Shown: positions 10,400 through 23,354 of the stretch, in pieces
Layout: every line of letters begins with the position of its first letter
How positions within the stretch are numbered: position 1 is the stretch's first letter
NCBI GenBank assembly: GCA_030390025.1
Contig: CM059429.1
Coordinates: 137,702,001 to 137,766,000 of the forward strand
Length of the DNA: 64,000 bases
Source: Squalus acanthias
Taxonomy: Eukaryota
Reading direction: 5' to 3'
Program-made: the position numbers and the translations under genes
The notes under the pieces: generated by a model
Database searches by the model: none
What the model was told of the DNA's origin: nothing
The model's input: the letters and a program-made list of their open reading frames with translations, nothing else

Positions 10400-12870
10400 A
10401 ATATATTTAAGGTGGAGATAGACAGATTTTTGCAAGATAAGGGAGTGAAGGTTATGGGGAGCGGGCAGGGAAGTGGCTTTGAGCCCAAGATCAGCCATGA
10501 TCTTATTGAATGGCGGAGCAGGCTCGAGGGGCCAAGTGGCCTATTCCTGCTCCTATTTCTTATGTTCTTATGTAAGGACAATAACATTAAGAGCTATTCT
10601 CCTTTCACTTAATTCACAAAAACAACCTTGACTGTTATTTCGTAAGAACAAGAGCCTCAATTTTGTTGGGAATGTCTAGTTACCAACACAAAAATAGCCA
10701 AACGTGTACTGAGTCGACTGTGTGCAATTTTATGGAGTCAGCTCACTTGAATAACTTGCATGAGCTCCCAGCACAGTTTTGGTCATGAGCTTGCAGCTCG
10801 CCTAATTGGGGGCTTGGAAAATCTAGCTAGCAGCTCACATTTAAAAGGTTGTGCCCATGTAGTGACTGCATATAGGGGCAAATATTGCTTCAGCCTTTAT
10901 AAAGCTTCAAAATTATTTCAAGTATTTGTCAGCCTGGGGAATGAGAAGGGGTAGCACAGAGAGAAGAGCGGTCAGGGAATAAATGAAGTGAAAAGAAACT
11001 CGATGTAGAGGCATGAAATGGAGTCTATGGGTAAGTGACATGCATCACAAGACCCCTCTCTCCCCGTTTGATGGCTAACAAAATGGGGGCAGTGCTGCAT
11101 GAGGTGAATGCTAGCCGGGTTGTTCTTTCTGGCACTTAGTGGCACCTGTCCAGATCATAGCAGTGTACGATGCTTGTCAGGAGTTGGTTCCCAGTATATC
11201 AATGCCATCTTCAGTTTTCTGCACGTTTGGGATTCTTGTCATTTGGGAAAAGTTCTATTTCCTGTTGAGCTGATATATCCTTTTCACAGGGAAAATACTG
11301 TATGTGTTGACCCTTGAAAACAAAGCTCCTGTCACTTGCTTGATGCATCAATGGACAGCTGACTGATTGATTTGGTATATGTTACTGATACTGGCTTGAA
11401 TGATTGGCTGCTATAAAACCTTAATGCAGTAGTGGTACATGCTGTCTGCAGATCAGCTTGCAGGAGATTCCATAGCTATGCGGCACCTTCCTTTGTGAAG
11501 TGGCGATGCCAAAGACAGGTCTCCTCTAACATTCCCAGGAGAGACTGACTTGGTCAATAAATGAAGATCTTGGCATCCACAAGGCTGTCTACAGTTAGCT
11601 ATCCTATTCAACGTCTTCATCAGTTATGCTTTCAGTGTGGCCTTAGTGCAGCTGATAATGCAGGCCACAGTATTCTGGATAAGTTGTAGTTTATGGCACT
11701 TGGTAAGGAGAGTTTTGGAAAAATCAAACTGCAGTCTACTCCATGCATTCCTCACAAGAACAAAACCCAGAATGTTTCTTTTTGGTTAAACTGTGGGCCT
11801 CGAGAGATATGAGGTGTGATGGCTCAAAGAACGTGACACACTGAGAATTAACTAGAGTAAACTCTATATTTGACTGAGATCAAACCTATTCAAGACTGAA
11901 GACCACAATCAATCCCTTAAATTTAGCTCAACAATTTAGAAATCAAAGAAAGAAACCTGATACATGTCCGTTGCATTTTCATCCCAAATGTGACCAGCCA
12001 CATTTTATTTCATTCCTCATAAACCCTTATTTGTTCTTCACTTTTTAACAGCTTACAGGGGGCACACAAGAAAGATTTTGTATATCTTTAGTGAGTGGTA
12101 TATAAAGCACCAGCAGATCTACCCAGACACTTTAATGTCTTCCAAAGCATTCCCTAGGCACATTCTATAGCTGATCTGGAGGCCTTTTGGACCTGATTGT
12201 AGCTTTTCTCTGATTCATGACAAGAGTTCTCCTTGTACACGGTTATCCTTCTCAAAAAATGTTTGGACCCCTAACCTATGTAAAGTAAAGGAATCATGCA
12301 TTGTTCTGGGGAATTCGGTGGTAATCAATAAAATGACATTCTGTGTATCACTGACTACCTGCGTGTCAAGACATTGGAACTCCCTGTCGTTGATGTATAC
12401 CAGAGATTTTCAGAAGATCCGCATATCTCAGTTGGGGGTTTACTGTCTTCACAGTTATTTTTTGGTGAAATGAGTGAAATGTGAAAAAAAGAGCACCAAA
12501 GTCTGAATCACTTTCCAAATGCGATGGGACATTGTGCTGTGGCAATGCCCGTATAATCTCTACTGTGATCTTAGAAAGACCTTATGGCAAAAAAAAATCA
12601 AGCCAGCTTTAACTTTTTTGGCATTGATGAGTCGTGAGATTGACTGAAACATGAGCCAGTCTGGAACAGTCGATTCACATACCTCTGCGATGATCTCTGT
12701 TACATTGTTGGTTCTTTTCCTCCCATTTGGCTTCCATATTTTAGATTTCTCTCATAGGTGAGCCTTAGTTCTCTATGGCCTCACGGGTATCTGAACTGAT
12801 CCTGATATCTAGGTAGGTTTTCATAATGTACTCAAGCTAACAAACAGAAAACCTTTCTTGAATTCCTTTA

Positions 12871-13325
12871 TGTGTCAACTGTGGCTCAGTTGGTAGCACG
12901 CTCGCCTCTGAGTCAGGAGGTTGTGGGTTCATAGTCCCACTCCAGGGACTTCAGCACATAAAGCTAGGCTGACACTCTCAGTACAGTGCTGAGGGAGTGC
13001 TGCACTGTTGGAGGTGACATCTTTCGGATGAGACGTTAAACCGAGGCCCCGTCTGCTCTCTCAGGTAGACGTAAAAGATCCCTGGCACTATTTCAAAGAA
13101 GAGCAGGGCAGTTATCCCCAGTGTCCTGGCCAATACTTATCCCTCCACCAACATAACAAAAAACAGATTATCTGGTCATTATCACATTGCTGTTTGTGGG
13201 GCCTTGCTTTGTGCAAATTGGCTGCTGCATTTCCCACATTACAACAGTGACTGTATTTCATTGGCTGTAAAGCGCTTTGAGACGTCTGGTGGTCGTGAAA
13301 GGCGCTATATAAATGCAAGTCTTTC
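12871..13325 (+). mobile_element. tRNA-head Deu-domain SINE (SacSINE1/AmnSINE-related) with L2-like tail
   Basis: A box TGGCTCAGTTGG, Deu-type core CTTTCGGATGAGACGTTAAACCGAGG..GTAAAAGATCCC..GAAGAGCAGGG..GTCCTGGCCAA, tail GGCGCTATATAAATGCAAG. Further copies at ~17395-17720, ~29930-30125 and 35820-37105. Confidence 0.85.
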
Positions 13326-13785
13326 ATTAACTAGTGGATGTTCCAAGCCACTACATGTCTTTTAGCAGGGGCAGATTCTCACAACACCAGACCCCTTTAG
13401 CCTTCAACTGCCAAACGGATTTGTTGAACAATAAATGAACAAATCAGTAAAGAACAATGTTTCTTTTCAAATATAATGGCCTAGAATTTCCTTAAAATGA
13501 GTTACACCGCTGCTGCACCTTTTTAAAAAATGTTCGGCCCGATTTTAAACCTGCCCACCCGGCAGGAACAGGGCAGGTGGGGGTGAAAATGGTTGTTGGG
13601 CACTTTATGCTGCATTTCTGACAAATTTGAGCTCGCCGCCATTTTAACTGCTGGGTTTCCAACAGTATCGGGAACACCTGGCAAAGGCAGGCAGGGTTTC
13701 ATCAATGTTTAAATGTTGGACTGTGTGGGTTTGAAGTCATTTTTCACATTCTCCTGAAGTCTCTTTATTTCCTCTTTTGATATAG

Positions 13786-13895
13786 GCTCAACTGAAGCTC
13801 ACCATTATGTCCAGGTTATCGTTATTGTGATGGGAGTGATTGCACTAATTATTATTGTGGGGCTGGTTTATTGCTTTTGTCAGAAAAATCATTAA
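13786..13895 (+). CDS. Gene A transmembrane exon, coding part (exon continues to donor at 13917)
   Basis: Acceptor cctcttttgatatag|. Reads GSTEAHHYVQVIVIVMGVIALIIIVGLVYCFCQKNH then TAA (13893-13895), followed by QQLQGKE and a phase-1 donor G|GTGAGT at 13917/13918. Spliced CDS 58+318+264+110 = 750 nt (249 aa). Confidence 0.85.
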
Positions 13896-14055
13896 CAACA
13901 ACTGCAAGGTAAAGAAGGTGAGTTTATAACCGAATTTTAAAACCAACCTGGGAATGGGTCATCTGCCTTTGAGGGGGGAAAGGGCAGAAAAAGAGTAAAA
14001 ATAAAATGAAAAATGGGACAAAATTAGAAATATCAGAACCCCATTATTGACCTCC

Positions 14056-14760
14056 CGAATTGAGCTTCCAACCATATATTAGCGCCATCAAGACCGCCTA
14101 TTTCCACCTCCGTAACATCGCCTGTCTCCGCCCCTGCCTCAGCTCATTTGCTGCTGAAGCCCTCATCCATGCCCTTGTTACCTCTAGACTTGACTATTCC
14201 AACGCACTCCTGGCTGGCCTCCCATCTTCCACCCTCTGTAAACTTGAGGTCATCCAAAACTCTGCTGCCAGTATCCTAACTCGGACCAAGTCCTGTTCAT
14301 CCATCACCCCTGTACTCGCTGACCTACGTTGGCTCCCGGTCAGGCAAAGCCTTGTTTTTAAAATTCTCATCCTTGTTTTCAAATCTCTCCATGGCCTCGC
14401 CCCTCCCTATCTCTGTAATCTCCTCCAGCCCTACAACCCTCCGAGATATCTGCGCTCCTCCAATTCTGGTCTCTTGTGCATCCCCGATGTTACTCGCTCC
14501 ACCAGTGGCGGCCGTGCCTTCAGCTGCCAAAGCCCTAAGCTCTGGAATTCCCCCCTAAACCTCTTCGCCTCTCTACAACCTCTCTCCTCATTTAAGACAC
14601 TCCTTAAAGCCTACTTCTTTGACCAAGCTATTGGTCACCTATCCTAATAACTCCTTATGTGGCACGGTGTCAAATTTTGTTTGATAACGCTCCTGTGAAG
14701 TGCTTTGGGCTGTTTTACTATGTTAAAGGTGCTATATAAACAAAAGTTGTTGTTGTTGTT
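14056..14760 (+). mobile_element. L2 LINE 3' fragment
   Basis: AYFHLRNIACLRP, SRLDYSNALLAGLP and ITPVLADLRWLPV motifs, ending in GCTATATAAA(CAAAA)(GTT)n. Confidence 0.92.
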
Positions 14761-14976
14761 CTTGACTGGATCATAAAATATATAGTCGTGTAGAAGTTGA
14801 TCTGTTGCTGGCTAAGTCCTAGGACGTTGATCTGTATATAAACATAATTTATGCTGCACGCTGATGTTGTTTCACATGGAACTGACATGGTAATTGGCAA
14901 GAAATCATATTGTATAATAAAAACTTATTTTATAGTGACATCACCAGAATAACCCAGCAACATAAATATCAATGTA

Positions 14977-15238
14977 CAGTAAGCTCTTGTTTAAACGGCA
15001 CTTAATCATCCGGAATACTTTAATAACCGGCAAAATAGATAACCGGTAATCTTGCCGAATCCATCCAGCACTCGTTTTGCCGAGTCCGAGTCTCCCGTGG
15101 TGGCCGAGTTAGTCAGTGGTTTTTATTTTTGTTTGTGTTAGAAATTGCCTTGGTAGGTATACCTCTCTGTTATCCAGAATTTTTCATCAACCGGCACCAT
15201 CCTGGTCCCGTAGGTGCCGGATAAGAAAGAGTTTGCTG
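14977..15238. mobile_element. Tc1/mariner (Tigger/pogo-like) MITE
   Basis: TA on both sides (14975-14976, 15239-15240). TIRs CAGTAAGCTCTTGTTTA versus the reverse complement of the right end CAGCAAACTCTTTCTTA. Confidence 0.75.
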
Positions 15239-15518
15239 TAGTTTTAATTCATTAATATGATTCTTACATATGGAGGAGCCTTTTGCATCTAGGGCACATC
15301 CACCAAAGGATCCATTAAACGCATTGCATGTGAAAGTGTGATCTCAGAGTCATCATACCTCAAAAGCTTCACATATCAGGGTGTCATACCTTTAAAGTAT
15401 CAAACATCTGTAGGGCAGAAATAGGGATTTTCTGAAATGAGGACTTAACTGTTAAATTACTAGTCAAATATCCAATTGACTAAATGTGACCAAATCAAAA
15501 GCAGTTTGACTTATTCCT

Positions 15519-16041
15519 TAGAGACTTAGAGACACACGACAACGCAAAATCATCGAGCAGAAACTGATAGCCAAGTTCCGCACTCATGAGGACGGCCTCA
15601 ACCGGGATCTTGGGTTCATGTCATGATACATGACGTAGAGTCATCCAGACTCGAGTCGTCGTTGGCTTGTTCAGATGTGATTTCCAGTAAAAATAAGTAA
15701 AAATTTTAAAGTTTATCGTTTTCCATACCGACTGCAGCTTTTGACACATTAGACCCCCTGTAACCCCACCTCATTGTCTCAGTTGTATCTTGCTATGTCT
15801 TTGATGTGGTGCCTTCCTGGCTGACCTGATTGTTTATCTGCCGAGGTGTGACAAAAGGCAGTCAGGAGGATTGAATGTAGTTGTCTGCCATTGTACGCTA
15901 CACACGCATTGTTCTCTGTCTATATATGCTTTGTCGATTTGTATTCCTTCACTTCACCTGACGAAGGAGCAGCAGCTCCGAAAACTTGTGATTTCAAATA
16001 AAACTGTTGGACTATAACCTGGTGTTGTGCGACTTCTCACT
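15519..16041 (+). mobile_element. Penelope-like element 3' fragment with 14-bp TSD
   Basis: Encodes RDTRQRKIIEQKLIAKFRTHEDGLNRD (C-terminal GIY-YIG region pattern). TSD TTTGACTTATTCCT at 15505-15518 and 16042-16055. Confidence 0.85.
15954..15991 (+). ncRNA. Minimal hammerhead ribozyme motif (helix III palindrome mutated)
   Basis: TCAC-CTGACGA-a-GGAGC agca GCTCC-GAA-AACT-T-GTGA. Helix I is TCAC/GTGA, and AACT replaces the palindromic AGCT seen at 10343-10346. Confidence 0.6.
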
Positions 16042-16094
16042 TTTGACTTATTCCTAAGTAACAGTGAAGATTGAGTAAATCAGCAAAAAACTGG

Positions 16095-17390
16095 TGCACA
16101 CTTGTCTCGCTCCCTACTCCTTCTCCCAACCCTCCTCTTTCAAGAACCTCATCTTGTTCCACCTGTCTCGCCTCTCATTTAAAATCCTTGTTCTCTATCA
16201 GCCCCGAGCCCTACCTCGAATGTCTCACTGAAATATCCTCACTCCTTTCCTCCCTCAGCCTCTACACTGAGGGACCCCCTCATCCTTGGTGATTTCAATT
16301 TCCATCTCAAATCGTGAAAGTTATGAATACTATAGCCCCCCAAAAGAACTGCTAAACCTCAATTAAATTTAAAAAAAAAACCATCACATTAATAAAATAA
16401 GTATAGTTAAATAAATTAACCATTTTAAATAAAAAATTAAATTTTTGAAAAAATTTAAAATCTTTTAAAAAGTTATAAAAATAAACTTACCTGTCTTTAA
16501 AGTCTCTAAAAAAGATATACCTGTTAAAAAAAAAATCAAAATAATACTTAATTCACGACTTACCTTGTTAAAAGTGGGTCTTACTCCTCCTTTTTTTATG
16601 TCTAGAATCTTCCGTACTTACCTGCGTGTTGAAACCACTAAGTGCACAGCGTGCGCGCAGCCTGTAGCGCGCACGCGGTTCACCTAGGAACCGCCCCCTT
16701 TTCCATTCACCAAGTGCCGGTTTTCAGCGCATGCGCAGTGCATGCAGAAAACCGGCAATTGGAGACAGAATACGTGAGAGTACACAGTGCGTACTCTTGC
16801 GTAGCGGGACTAATTTTTGGGCCTGGGCCCTTATTTTCTACCCATATTCTCAGCCACCCCCTTGACCTTGTCATCTCATGTGGCCCCTATACGCCAATTG
16901 TCTCGATCACAGACAAGGCCATCTCCGACCACTTCCTTGTTTCCCTCACCACCAACACCCTCTACACCCTTCCAACCCCACTTCCTTCTGTGCCCAGCCC
17001 TGGAAAAAAAAACTCTCCCCAAGTGACTTACAACTGCACCTCCCAACTGTCTGGCCTTTTGCCCTCCATTTGCCATGATAACTCTGCAGCTAATAATATG
17101 CTCAACTACTACCTCATCCTTGATACATTGGCTCCCGGTTACCATCCCGATATTTAAATCCCGTCATGGCTTCACCCCTCCCTATCTCTGTAACCTTTAC
17201 CAGTTCTACAACCCCGTGCCCCCCACACCGAACTCTCTCCTCCTTCGACTCTGGCCTCTTGGGGCTCTGGAATTCCCTCTAAACCCCTTTGCCTCTCCAT
17301 TTCCCTCTCCTCCTTTAAGGCCTTCCTTAAAACTTACTTCTTTCACCAAGCGTATGGTCACCCCTCCTAATATCACCTTAAATTGTGTGT
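16095..17390 (+). mobile_element. Decayed L2 LINE with nested partial MITE family 1 copy (~16312-16823)
   Basis: Endonuclease-region motifs (LILGDFN, PLDLVIS, ISDHFLV) and an L2 3' region. 16312-16823 aligns to 1725-2240. Confidence 0.75.
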
Positions 17391-18104
17391 TCACAATGCA
17401 GTCATGAGAGAGTGCTGCATTGCCTGAGGTGCTGTTTTTCAGATGAGACAATAAACAGATTGCCCTCCTGCCTGTTCAGGTGAATGTAAAGGATCCCATG
17501 GTACTATTTAAAGAACAGTGAGTTCTGCCAATGTCCTGGATAACATTCCTCCCTCAACCAACACCACCAAAAACAGTTCAACTGGTCATTCATCCATTTG
17601 ATATTTATACACAAATTGGCTGCTGCATTTTTCTATGACTACACTTTATATCCAAGGAATTACATTTTGATGTGCTTTGGGATCTCCTGAAGACGTGATA
17701 CGATGCTACATAAATGCTAATTATTTTTAATGTCGCGAGGAAGTATATAATTGCTGTAAATTTGTTGTTTGTTCTTGGAATCATTCATTTGTTTGCTTCA
17801 ATATATCTGTCTTGTAGTTTATAGTCTAAGCCACAGTGTGATTGTTTGTTCTTAAGCCTTTCTCAAGTTGAGGAAACCACATTGTGACACATAGTGTTAG
17901 TGTGACACATGATATAGCTGTAAGACAGTATACAGTGATAAGGATTCTCTTTTTATCCCTGGGCTCACTGCATTTACCTTGATATTGGGCAGGTAAAGCA
18001 CACTCGGGGTCATAAGAATCCAGGCTTAATTATGGGAGTGGTCTGTCCTGCTGAATTCAAGTAAAATATCTAGTATAAAGGCCCCAGAACATAACAAATA
18101 TGAT

Positions 18105-18315
18105 ATAAAAACAGAAAATGCTGGAAATACTCAGCAGGTCAGGCAACATCTGTAGAGAGAAAAACAGAGTTAACGTTTCAGGTCGATGACGAAGGGTCAT
18201 CGACCTGAAACGTTAACTCTGTTTCTCTCTCCACAGATGCTGCCTGACCTGCTGAGTATTTCTAGCATTTTCTGTTTTTATTTCAGATTTCCAGCATCCG
18301 CAGTATTTTGCTTTT
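18105..18315. mobile_element. Penelope-like (second family) inverted terminal fragment, hairpin with ~86-bp arms
   Basis: 18105-18190 and 18196-18281 are inverted copies. The sequence equals the 3' end of the Penelope element at 60997-61090. Confidence 0.85.
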
Positions 18316-18414
18316 GTAATAACATATACAATGCAGTTTTAGTTTTGGAAGATGGGATTCAATGATTTAATTCTTGTAACAAAGCATTTTATTTCACTGT
18401 ATTTTTTTTTACAG

Positions 18415-18428
18415 CTGAGGATCAGTGA
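18415..18428 (+). other. Probable start of gene A terminal exon (would encode AEDQ-stop if the upstream TAA were a sense codon)
   Basis: Strong acceptor gtattttttttttacag| in non-repeat sequence. In phase 1 it reads (G)CT GAG GAT CAG TGA and is followed by unique UTR-like sequence. Confidence 0.55.
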
Positions 18429-18789
18429 AGACTACCCGTAGAAGTGGGCGTTAAAATGATGAGATCAGTTCAACAAAGAGAACAGTGAACAACAGAATTA
18501 TTTGAACAAGAACGCAGCCTGCAAGGTTTTGAAATATCTGGCTGCCTTGCAGAGTTAAACACAGCCAATAATCCATACTTCTTTCTTCACACTGGAACAA
18601 TACTATCCTCTACGTCAACTTGAGTCATGGAACTTTTGTCTGTTTTGCAAATTAACATCATCCTGTTTTATTAATTAAGTTCCTGTTTCCAGAGATATTC
18701 TGCTCAGTGGCTTGAGAGACAAGTGAAAATCTCTGCATACCATAATATATCATGAAATCATTATTGCAGAATTTCTTTTGAGTGTCTAG

Positions 18790-20880
18790 CCAGTGAACAA
18801 TTTCTCTGAGGACTTGTCTCTCCTAATCTTCCATCTCCCCTTTTTTTTTCTCTTTTCTTGACCACTCTTAGACCCATTTCTCCTATCTCTTCCCCATCCT
18901 ATCAACCAGTTATGCCACCTCTCATTTCTTCCCACTTGGGTACTTTGCCCCCTCCAATCTCTACTCCAAGCCATCACTACTTCTCTGTCTCTCCTGCTGT
19001 CGTCCCAGGCTTGGGTCCCATTTGGATAAACCCATGGCTACCCTCTGTGCCTCTCTCAGCATTCTCCAAATGTCTTATCATGGCACCCGTCGCTGCATCC
19101 TTCCAAGTAGCAAGCCCAAACGTCCCATCGTCCTCTCTAGCTGATCTTCCCACCCAGCATACCTGCTGTAAGTTAACCTCCTCAACCACTATCCCATCCC
19201 ACTCACCTAACCCACCACTGCCCCCTTGGACTCTACAACCATTGCCGCCCTTCTCCGCATTTCCCTCTGGAATGTTTGTTCACTTGCAAACAAGGACTTG
19301 CCATCCACAACCATATTGTGGATGATGAAAGGTCATCGACCTGAAACGTTAACTCTGTTTCTCTATCCACAGATGCTGCCTGACCAGCTGAGTATTTCCA
19401 GCAATTTCTGTTTTTATTATTGTGGATGATTGCTTTGGTGTTATGGCTTTTACGGAAACTTGGCTCATGAGTGGTGACACCTTGCCCCTTACTGAAGCCT
19501 TCATGCATGGCTATACTTTCCGCATCTGTCCCACCCAAACTGCTGCAGTGACGGTGTAGGCCTTGTCAACAAATCACACCTTGGTCTTTCCCCCTTCTCC
19601 TCTGGTACTTTCTCCTTCTTTGAGCATCTCCCGTTGTTCCACCTTCTCACCTCTCCCTTACAATCCTTTTTCTGTACCGCCCTCCAAGCCCCACCCTGAG
19701 TTTCTGACTGAGATATCTTCCCATCTTTCGTCTTTTGGCCTCTGCACTAAGCAACTTCACATCCTCGGTGATTTCAATCGCCATCTCAACTCACCTTTGC
19801 CCCATTCCACCCTCACCTTCAGCAACAAGTGCGAGGAGTTCATGGACTTCTTCGTCACTAATATTAATACCATCTGCTCATCAAGCAATGCTAAGGTTCC
19901 CCTCTTCCCTAGCCCTGATCCTACATATTTCTCTGATTTCTATCCTATCTCTCCTAATGCCATCTCTGAGCTTATCTAGTCCATGAGACCCACCGCCAGC
20001 TCCCTTGATCCCATTCTCACACTAATCTGCTAACCAGACATCCTAGCTGACATTGTAAATTGTTCCCTCTCCTCAGATACACCTCCTTTATCAAAACGGC
20101 CATCATCACCATCCTCGATCTCTCTGCCCTTGCAAGTTACCATCCCATCTCCTACATCCTTTTTTTCTCCAAAATCCTTGAGAGTGTTGTCACCTCTCAA
20201 ATCTGTGCCCATCTTATCAGAAACCTCTTGTTTTAATCTCTCCAATCAGCTTTCTGCCCCTGCCATAGCATTGAATCAGCCCTAATCAAAGTTACAAATG
20301 ACATTCTCTGTGATTGTGACCATGGTGCATTTTCTTCCTCGTCCTCCTCAAACTCTATGTAGTCTTTTACACGGTCAACATCCTCCAATGCATCTTCTCA
20401 TTGTCCAGCTTAATGGGATTGCCCTTGCTTGATTCCAGTCTTACCTATCCAATCATAGCTAGAGCATCTCCAGCACTGGCTTCTCTCTGACTCTTCACAC
20501 CATTACCTTTTGATTTCCCTAACAATTTATCCTTGGCCCCTTCCTCTTCCCCCTCTATATGTTGCCCCTTGGTGACATCAATGGAAGACAAGGCAGTAGG
20601 TTCCACATGTACGCTGACAACACCCAGCTCTACCTCGCCACCATCTCGTGCCACCGTTCCACTGCCTCTGTGTTTTCAGCCTTGCTTGTCTGACATCCGG
20701 TCCTGGATGAGCTGCAATTTCTTCCAGTTAAACATTGGGAAGACTGATGCCTTTGGTCTTCGGCCTCTGTCACAAACTCTATTCCCTCGCCACCAATTCA
20801 ATCCCCCTTCCCTGGCCGCTGTCTCAGACAGTTCGCAACTTCGGTCTTCTATTTGACCCCGAGCTGAGGTTCTGACCCCG
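18790..20880 (+). mobile_element. Decayed L2 LINE with nested Penelope fragment (19327-19417, TSD TATTGTGGATGAT)
   Basis: Motifs SLWNVCSL, ILGDFN and HMYADNTQLY. The 13-bp duplication lies at 19314-19326 and 19418-19430. Confidence 0.8.
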
Positions 20881-21780
20881 TGGGTTTGATTTTAACTCCC
20901 AGGCAGGAACATAGCAAAGCTCCTTCTGGCTCACAAGGAACCAAATAAAATGTTAAATCTTACCTTGCCCTGCGAGTTGTTCCCAACAGGTTTTGCCTGG
21001 CGAGGAAGCCACCACTGCTCTCCCTGCTCAGGCCTTAGGTTAAAATTGCAGATTGGACCCCAATGACATCGACATATTTAAAGAGGATCCCGTCGGCTTG
21101 GAGCGGGTGGCCCTTCCCTCCTGCAATTTAAAATTACAGTCGGCCTGATCACGGCGGGAAAGGAGTGGGTAAGGCCACTGCTCCATTTGAAAATGTATCA
21201 TCACTCTGCGTCCCATCCGGTCATTGCCTGGCCTCCACTTTCCAGCAAAGCAGAGGGGGAGGATCATTAGCTAGCAATCAGGAGCAGGAAGCATGGCTGT
21301 CATGAATCTGGGCCTTTCCTGCTCTGTGTGTGTGTGTGCCCTTTAATTACTTGTCCTCTTCTGGTAATGCAATGCTACACTGAGTCAAAAAACCAAAAAA
21401 GTCATACTTCTGAACATGTCACAAACTGAAACCTCTACTCAGCCCAAATTAGGGTGGAAAATATTGGGATTTTATTAAATTTATCTCCTTTAATTTATCT
21501 TGAATACATTTGTTCAGTTCAGCACTGAACCTTGCCCTGGTTTTAGCAGACCTTTGCTGTGTAAATAAACCTAATACACAGCAACCTACCCAATGAAATG
21601 GTGAAAGTCTGTTGACTTTACTCATCTGCAACCCCCTGCATTTATTTTCTTGATTATTAGATTCTTCATTCTCTTTCACTCTTCATTTTCCAACAATAGA
21701 TGCACATTGGTTATTAAATATTATGCAGTTTCTAACTCTAGCAAATAAACATGAGATATGCACCAGTTACTTTGTTCTAA

Positions 21781-22985
21781 GGGGAACCAGTGGACGTAGT
21801 GTATTTAGACTTCCAAAAGGCATTTGACAAGGTGCCACACAAAAGATTATTGCTTAAGGTAAAAAATCACGGGATTGGGGGTAATATTCTGGCATGGATA
21901 GAGGATTGGCTATCTAACAGAAAGCAAAGAGTTGGGATAAATGGTTCATTCTCAGACTGGCAATCAGTAACTAGTGGTGTTCCACAGGGGTCAGTGCTGG
22001 GTCCCCAACTCTTCACAATCTATATTAACGATTTGGAGGAAGGGACCAAGTGTAACATATCAAAATTTGCAGATGATACAAAGATGGGAGGGAAAGTAGT
22101 GAGTGAGGAGGACATAAAAAACCTGCAAGGGGACATAGACAGGCTAAGTAAGTGGGCAGAGATTTGGCAGATGGAATACAACACTGGAAAGTGTGAGGTG
22201 ATGCACTTTGGCAGGAAAAATCCTAGAGCAATTTATTATCTTAATGGCAAGAAACTGGAGAGTACTGAAGTGCAAAGGGATCTGGGGGTCCTGGTGCACG
22301 AAACTCAAAAGGTTAGTATGCAGGTGCAGCAAGTGATTAAGAAGGCAAATGGAATGTTGGCTTTCATTGCTAGGGGGATAGAATATAAAAATAGGGAGGT
22401 ATTGCTTCAGTTGTACAAGGTATTGGTGAGACCGCACCTGGAATACTGCATACAGTTTTGGTGTCCTTACTTAAGGAAAGACATCCTTGCTCTCGAGGCA
22501 GTGCAAAAAAGGTTCACTCGGTTAATCCCGGGGATGAGGGGGTGGTCATATGAGGAGAGGTTGGGTAGATTGGGACTCTACTCATTGGAGTTCAGAAGAA
22601 TGAGAGGCGATCTTATTGAAACATATAAGATTGTGAAGGGGTTGGATCGGGTGGATGCGGGGAGGATGTTCCCGATGACGGGTGAGACGAGAACTAGGGG
22701 ACATAGTCTTAGAATAAGGGGCTGCTCTTTCAAAACTGAGATGAGGAGGAACTACTTCACTCAGAGGGTGGTAGGTCCATGGAATATGCTGCCACAAAAA
22801 GCTGTAGAAGCTACAACATTAATTAAATTTAAAACAGAAATAGACAGTTTCCTAGAAGTAAAGGGCATTAAGGGTTACGGGGAGCGGGCAGGAATTTGGA
22901 CATGAGTCTAGGTTCGGATCGGTCATGGCCCTGTGGGTAGTGGAGCGGGCCCAGCGACTGTGTAGCCTGATTCTGCTCCTATTTC
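21781..22985 (+). mobile_element. Young 5'-truncated CR1 LINE with an uninterrupted 371-aa RT C-terminal frame
   Basis: ORF 21790-22905: [48 protein letters not shown]. Followed by a second CR1/SINE tail at ~23045-23143. Confidence 0.95.
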
Positions 22986-23354
22986 GTGTGTGCAATTCTG
23001 TTAGATGCAGGAGATGGTTCTGTGATAGATAGTAGATTGGCGGTTAGGATCAGATCAGCCATGATCTTATTGAATGGCGGAGCAGGCTCGAGGGGCCGAT
23101 TGGCCTACTCCTGCTCCTATTTCTTATGTTCTTATGTTCTTATGCCTCTACTGAAGGTGGTGACTTATGTTACAGTAAAGCACCATGGTACTGGCTGCCC
23201 TCTTGCACCTCGTGCGACTAGACAGTCTTGAAGTGTGAGTCGAGATAGTGAGTGTTGGCAGGTTATTCAACTGTGAGGACGTCACAGCAGAGCCTGATCC
23301 AGTCCTCACCCAATGTCCACACACACTCACTTTACAACACAAAAGTAGGGGCTT

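Larger units (their letters stand above)
9605..10572 (+). mobile_element. CR1 LINE (HER1-like) 3' fragment with nested Penelope insertion
   Basis: [24 protein letters not shown] and RTRGHS motifs, CR1 tail and (TTCTTATG)n. Confidence 0.92.

Noticed and set aside
10700-12870. Possible old hAT-type transposase remnant (GIDES-like words near 12620)
   Set aside because: Too degenerate: no continuous frame, TIR or TSD could be established by eye.
18186-18218. Hammerhead motif in the Penelope hairpin, and the one at 19322-19354
   Set aside because: The C3 nucleotide and 5' helix I are lost at the inversion or insertion junction (ATGACGA / ATGATGA), so these copies are not intact ribozymes.
21790-22905. 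Longest ORF in the window as a host gene or domesticated RT
   Set aside because: It is a standard 5'-truncated CR1 ORF2 fragment with a LINE tail, no ATG start and no splice structure.
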